DNA of 64,000 nucleotides from Eledone cirrhosa (lineage: Eukaryota). Positions 59,801 to 64,000 of this stretch are shown here, one piece after another. Position numbers and translations under genes: made by a program. The notes beneath the pieces were generated by a model. It was not told where the DNA came from. It was given only the letters and a program-made list of their open reading frames with translations, and made no database searches. Position 1 is the stretch's first letter. Each line of letters starts with the position of its first letter. The stretch lies in assembly GCA_964016885.1 (NCBI GenBank), contig OZ024743.1:273916001-273980000 (forward strand). Reading direction: 5' to 3'.

Positions 59801-60394
59801 CTGTATAACATACAGCTATAATTCTGCTATAGAAGATCACCATTTCAATTTATTCTGAATTAATACTGCGAAAATGCAGGAAATATTTAACTAAGTCATG
59901 TTTTCAGTAAAACCTTTTATATTTAAGCACGATGTTTAACCTCAGATATGTTATCTTATACACTGTCATGATTCAGAATATATTTTTTCCCCTTTTAATA
60001 AAATGAATTTTCTGAATTACATAGAACTATATTATTCGTATCTTATAACTTAATAAGTTCACTATTATTCTTGACGTGATATCCAATAGGTCGGCTACAA
60101 CAGAACTAACCTGCAGCTACACTACAACAACAATAACATAATCATGATATCCACAGTATTGCATGAATAAATTAAATAAGACGACGTTAATTCTGTAAAT
60201 GACTGTTTGTGTGTATAATTCATCAGTACTTAAAGTAGTTTAACAATGGAACTGATAAATCCAATATATATGAATGTACGTATGGGTGTATAGATGAATG
60301 AACGGATTTGTTGATCAATGCTACGATATGTACTGCTTGAAGAATTTTTTGAAGAAATTATTAACTTTGTTTTTCCTTTTACTTCTCTTTTCAG

Positions 60395-60439
60395 TGATCT
60401 TGACGACATAAATGCAGACTGCTTACATTTAGATATTTG
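60395..60439 (+). CDS. BAIAP3: 45-nt coding exon of BAIAP3/Munc13-4-like C2A domain (F-DLDDINADCLHLDI-W)
   Basis: Long polypyrimidine tract and cAG ending at 60394, GTGAGT donor at 60440. Phase 2 matches the preceding exon; LHLDIW continues the C2A motif. Confidence 0.88.
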
Positions 60440-60661
60440 GTGAGTACATTATAATTATAAAATCACGCATTCATGTTTTGCACTTTTTTATTTGTCATTC
60501 AGGCGATTATAATACATATTGCCAGAGTGGTGAAGTTTGGAGGAGAAAAGCGGAATATGTTACCTTACTGGGTTGCCTAGCACTATGTTATTGATTATAG
60601 CTACTTCCTATTTTTTAAAGGCATGAATACTGTTGAACATCATATTAAATTAACAAATTCA

Positions 60662-60731
<70 letters not shown>

Positions 60732-60742
60732 ACACACACACA

Positions 60743-60830
<88 letters not shown>

Positions 60831-60913
60831 GTTATTCCGGGTTGAATCGGAGGTAACCACAGTAAGTAAGGTACTCAATACATAGCAGAGTATAACAGTT
60901 TTAATATAGATAA

Positions 60914-60993
60914 GATTATACAGGTGTAGAACTGTTTCATTCTTTAGGAATCATCAGGAATCCGGATGATTTCTAAAGAATGAAACAGTTCTA
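60914..60993. repeat. Inverted pair of minimal HHR-like motifs
   Basis: Minus copy CTGATGA-TTCCTAAAGAAT-GAAA-CAG..CTG-TA; plus copy CGGATGA..GAAACAGTTCTAG. Between microsatellites. Confidence 0.55.
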
Positions 60994-61009
60994 GTCCTCT
61001 AGAATCTCA

Positions 61010-61077
<68 letters not shown>

Positions 61078-62361
61078 TTACTAGCGGAAATTTCATTTTC
61101 ATCCAAATTTCTGATACAATTTTAAACAATTGTGCTATATGGGTTTTCTCACTTTAAACTGGTATCTCTATTTGGTCCTATGAGATGAGTCCTAGCCTCT
61201 ATAAAAATAAACCCTACTTTTATATTACACATTCATAGTAAGATATCAGTCGGCAAAACATATTCTAGCGGAAAATTTGCAGTAGAGATTCGTGTGTGTG
61301 TTTTTTTGTGTTTTTTTTTCTTTTTGTGGTGACGAATGAAAGACTTTGAGGTTTGGAGAAATCGTTCCTCTTCTTGCAAAAGACAGTAGATGGGAGAGAA
61401 AATATGCAAGTTATTATTTTCATTGTATGTGTATTAACATCACATTTTCTAGCTTGTTATATTGAAAATCTCAGTACTGCCGTCCAGTAGCAACAATTAC
61501 TTATCAGTTGTGGAGCAGTATGTTTACTATCATTTGTCATCGCAAAATGGAATGGATTATAAACAAAGTCTACTTTATTTGTTTTTTTATCGATGTATCT
61601 TGAATAGAATATGTATCACAATAATTCAAAATCTTTTTTCCAACATTAATATGGTACAAATATTATATCATGCTAAAATTAAACTGCCGTATTTTATACG
61701 TTAAAGAGTAGATTTAACAGGTACTCTAGTCTTTAAAAAATATAGGACTTTCCTAATAAGTTTCTATCGTTAGAACTTCTAACATTAAAAGAGGATATTG
61801 TGCGAGTTACTTCAGTAATATCAGTGACGATGGGAAAATGTATAAATATAGTCACTTACATAGCTGTATACGCATATATGCGTGTGTGTATGTGCATATA
61901 TGAAAATCTAATAATGCAGCTGAAGCGAGAGTGTATAAGCCTCGATGATAAAATTTAAACAAGTGTCAAAAACATTCTGTTATTTTCTTTGCACACAGAA
62001 AAACACCAGATAAGCTATCGTGGTTTATATATACATATGTGTGTGTATGATTTTTTAAGGATGCGAGCGATCATGGGCACTTCAAAAGAACGGGTTTATT
62101 CCGACTGCACAGCATTTCAGCGCCTTCCACTATAGACACGAATTAACCAATGGCTTGTGAATGGAACGTGGTGGGCATAGATTGCAGCATTCTCTCACGA
62201 ATATGTATATCTGTCTGCCTGTTTATGTTTGCGTGTATGTTTTGGTTCCTTAAGCTACAAATTCGACCAAACAAATTACATTATTAAAATAAGAACCAGG
62301 CTTGAATATAATACGCATTGTAATCGAATAAATCAGGTTGGTGTCCTGGCATGTCCGCATA

Positions 62362-62480
62362 CGTTGCTGTAGTGGAGTCTGTATTGCTGTACGGGTCTGA
62401 GACTTGGACACTGGCCAAGAAACTCACTCAGATGGTGTATGGGTGCTACACGAGAATGCTGAGGATGACTCTGAACATTA
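62362..62480 (+). mobile_element. Short RTE-like LINE 3' remnant
   Basis: VAVVESVLLYGSETWTLAKKLTQMVYGCYTRMLRMTLNI, homologous to 47955-48070. Confidence 0.7.
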
Positions 62481-63911
62481 ATCAGTATACACTAGGAGAT
62501 AATGTAAAGGGAATTGAGACATGGAGGTGAGAGAAAAAAGGAACGGGGTTGGGGGGTGAAAATAGCCCGAGAAGGTGATTGTGTTGTAGAAAAAAGCTTT
62601 AACACGCACAAACACACCACACACACACACGTGTGTGTGTGTGTGTGTGGTTCTAAATGTAATTCTCTCAATCATCACACAGTTTCCTTGTTTTTCGTAT
62701 TATTCTCACGTCAAGATAAGACACCATTTCGTATTATCCTTCTCGTGTAGCGTATTAACCCGAAAACTTTCAATAACCTTACTTCCCAGCGTTAGTACTC
62801 TGCACAACTCTTTCTAGCCGCTACTGTGTCTCAGGGGTAAGACCCTACATATTTATTTTGTTACCTACTATAATTTATTCCAGTCAACAAACTTTCTTGT
62901 TCGTTCACCAACTTTATATTTTATACCCTGTTTACTTTCCGTAAATTTAGTGCATTATACTGTATCGTCCTAGAACACCTCTTCAAGTAAATAGAAATAT
63001 TGTTCTCCTTTCACATCTTGGTTTTAACTGTAATCTCACCTTCAGTTTAGTGCCAAATCACATCAGTGGATATTTCAGTTCGTCGACCGACAAGTGAATG
63101 TTCTTGCTGTCTCCTGGCGTAATTCTTTTCTCCTTTCTATAAAGCAAAACCATTCATATTTCGAACAATTTGTATCATACTTCAGACGTTTCAGTTGGCC
63201 AAAGTTAGTAATTGCTAGTACAAATATATTGTCTTGATGAGTAACTCTTTAATACAGCATACACATTTCTTCGAGAAACATATGTGTATTATCACTTTAT
63301 CTTTTATTCCTTTTATAACCGCTTTTAATTCACATAGATACAACTCTTTATCTAATATCTCTCGTAATATCTCTTTGTACCCTATTGCCTCGCTATTTCT
63401 GTCTGTTAAACTCTCCTAATTCCTCTGTCAAATTTTGTCTGAAAAAGAAGATTTTGTCGGTTTCTTTTTTTTTTATCTTCAATTTGCTATCTCAATATAC
63501 GTTTGACTCTTGCCATCACTTTTCGCCGATTATATTTCGCTATCGCTTTGTCTGAAAATGTCTTGCTATCTTTTGTACGTATCTCTTGCTATTGTTTTGT
63601 ATTTCACTACCGGTTTCTCTCTTAAACTCTCGCTATTTCTGTCTGTTAAACGCTTAGTGCGCTTATTTTTTCAATCATAAGCAATTTCCTGTACGACATC
63701 GAATTTTCTTTAAGAAAAAATAACTTTTCTGTGTGTATTATTTTTCAGTGCTATGCGTTATATTGTAAGTATATCATGCCAACTATTTGTTCAAGAAACA
63801 GTTATATAATATGTTAAAGCCCAATCTGATTAATTAATTAGCAAATATTTACTTACCAATGTATACGCATGGGCGGCCACACGTAACGACCACTCACATT
63901 CATACATGCAT

Positions 63912-63966
63912 GCATACATACATACATACATACATACATACATACATACATACATACATACATACA

Positions 63967-63994
<28 letters not shown>
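63912..63994. repeat. (CATA)n tetranucleotide microsatellite
   Basis: Directly visible. Confidence 0.95.
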
Positions 63995-63997
<3 letters not shown>

Positions 63998-64000
63998 GGT

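Overview
AT-rich, microsatellite-dense animal genomic DNA. The SINEs, (TA)n load and huge introns suggest a coleoid cephalopod such as Octopus (inference). The only host gene found is on the + strand: three phase-compatible coding exons (283-349, 35836-36100, 60395-60439) encoding the split C2A domain of a BAIAP3/Munc13-4-family protein, separated by introns of about 35.5 kb and 24.3 kb. The introns hold at least four Penelope-like (Naiad-type) retroelement remnants, a Helitron Rep fragment fused in frame to one of them, CRE-like and RTE-like LINE remnants and two tRNA-derived SINE families. Most notable, all read by eye and needing computational confirmation: (i) more than a dozen hammerhead ribozyme (HHR)-like motifs from several families, many with a compensated U3-A8 core and many in inverted pairs inside (TA)n tracts; (ii) a Naiad-type GIY-YIG remnant whose conserved CxxC reads TGA-x-x-TGA, as expected for a selenocysteine-encoding retroelement. 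Most ORF-track entries are microsatellite artefacts.
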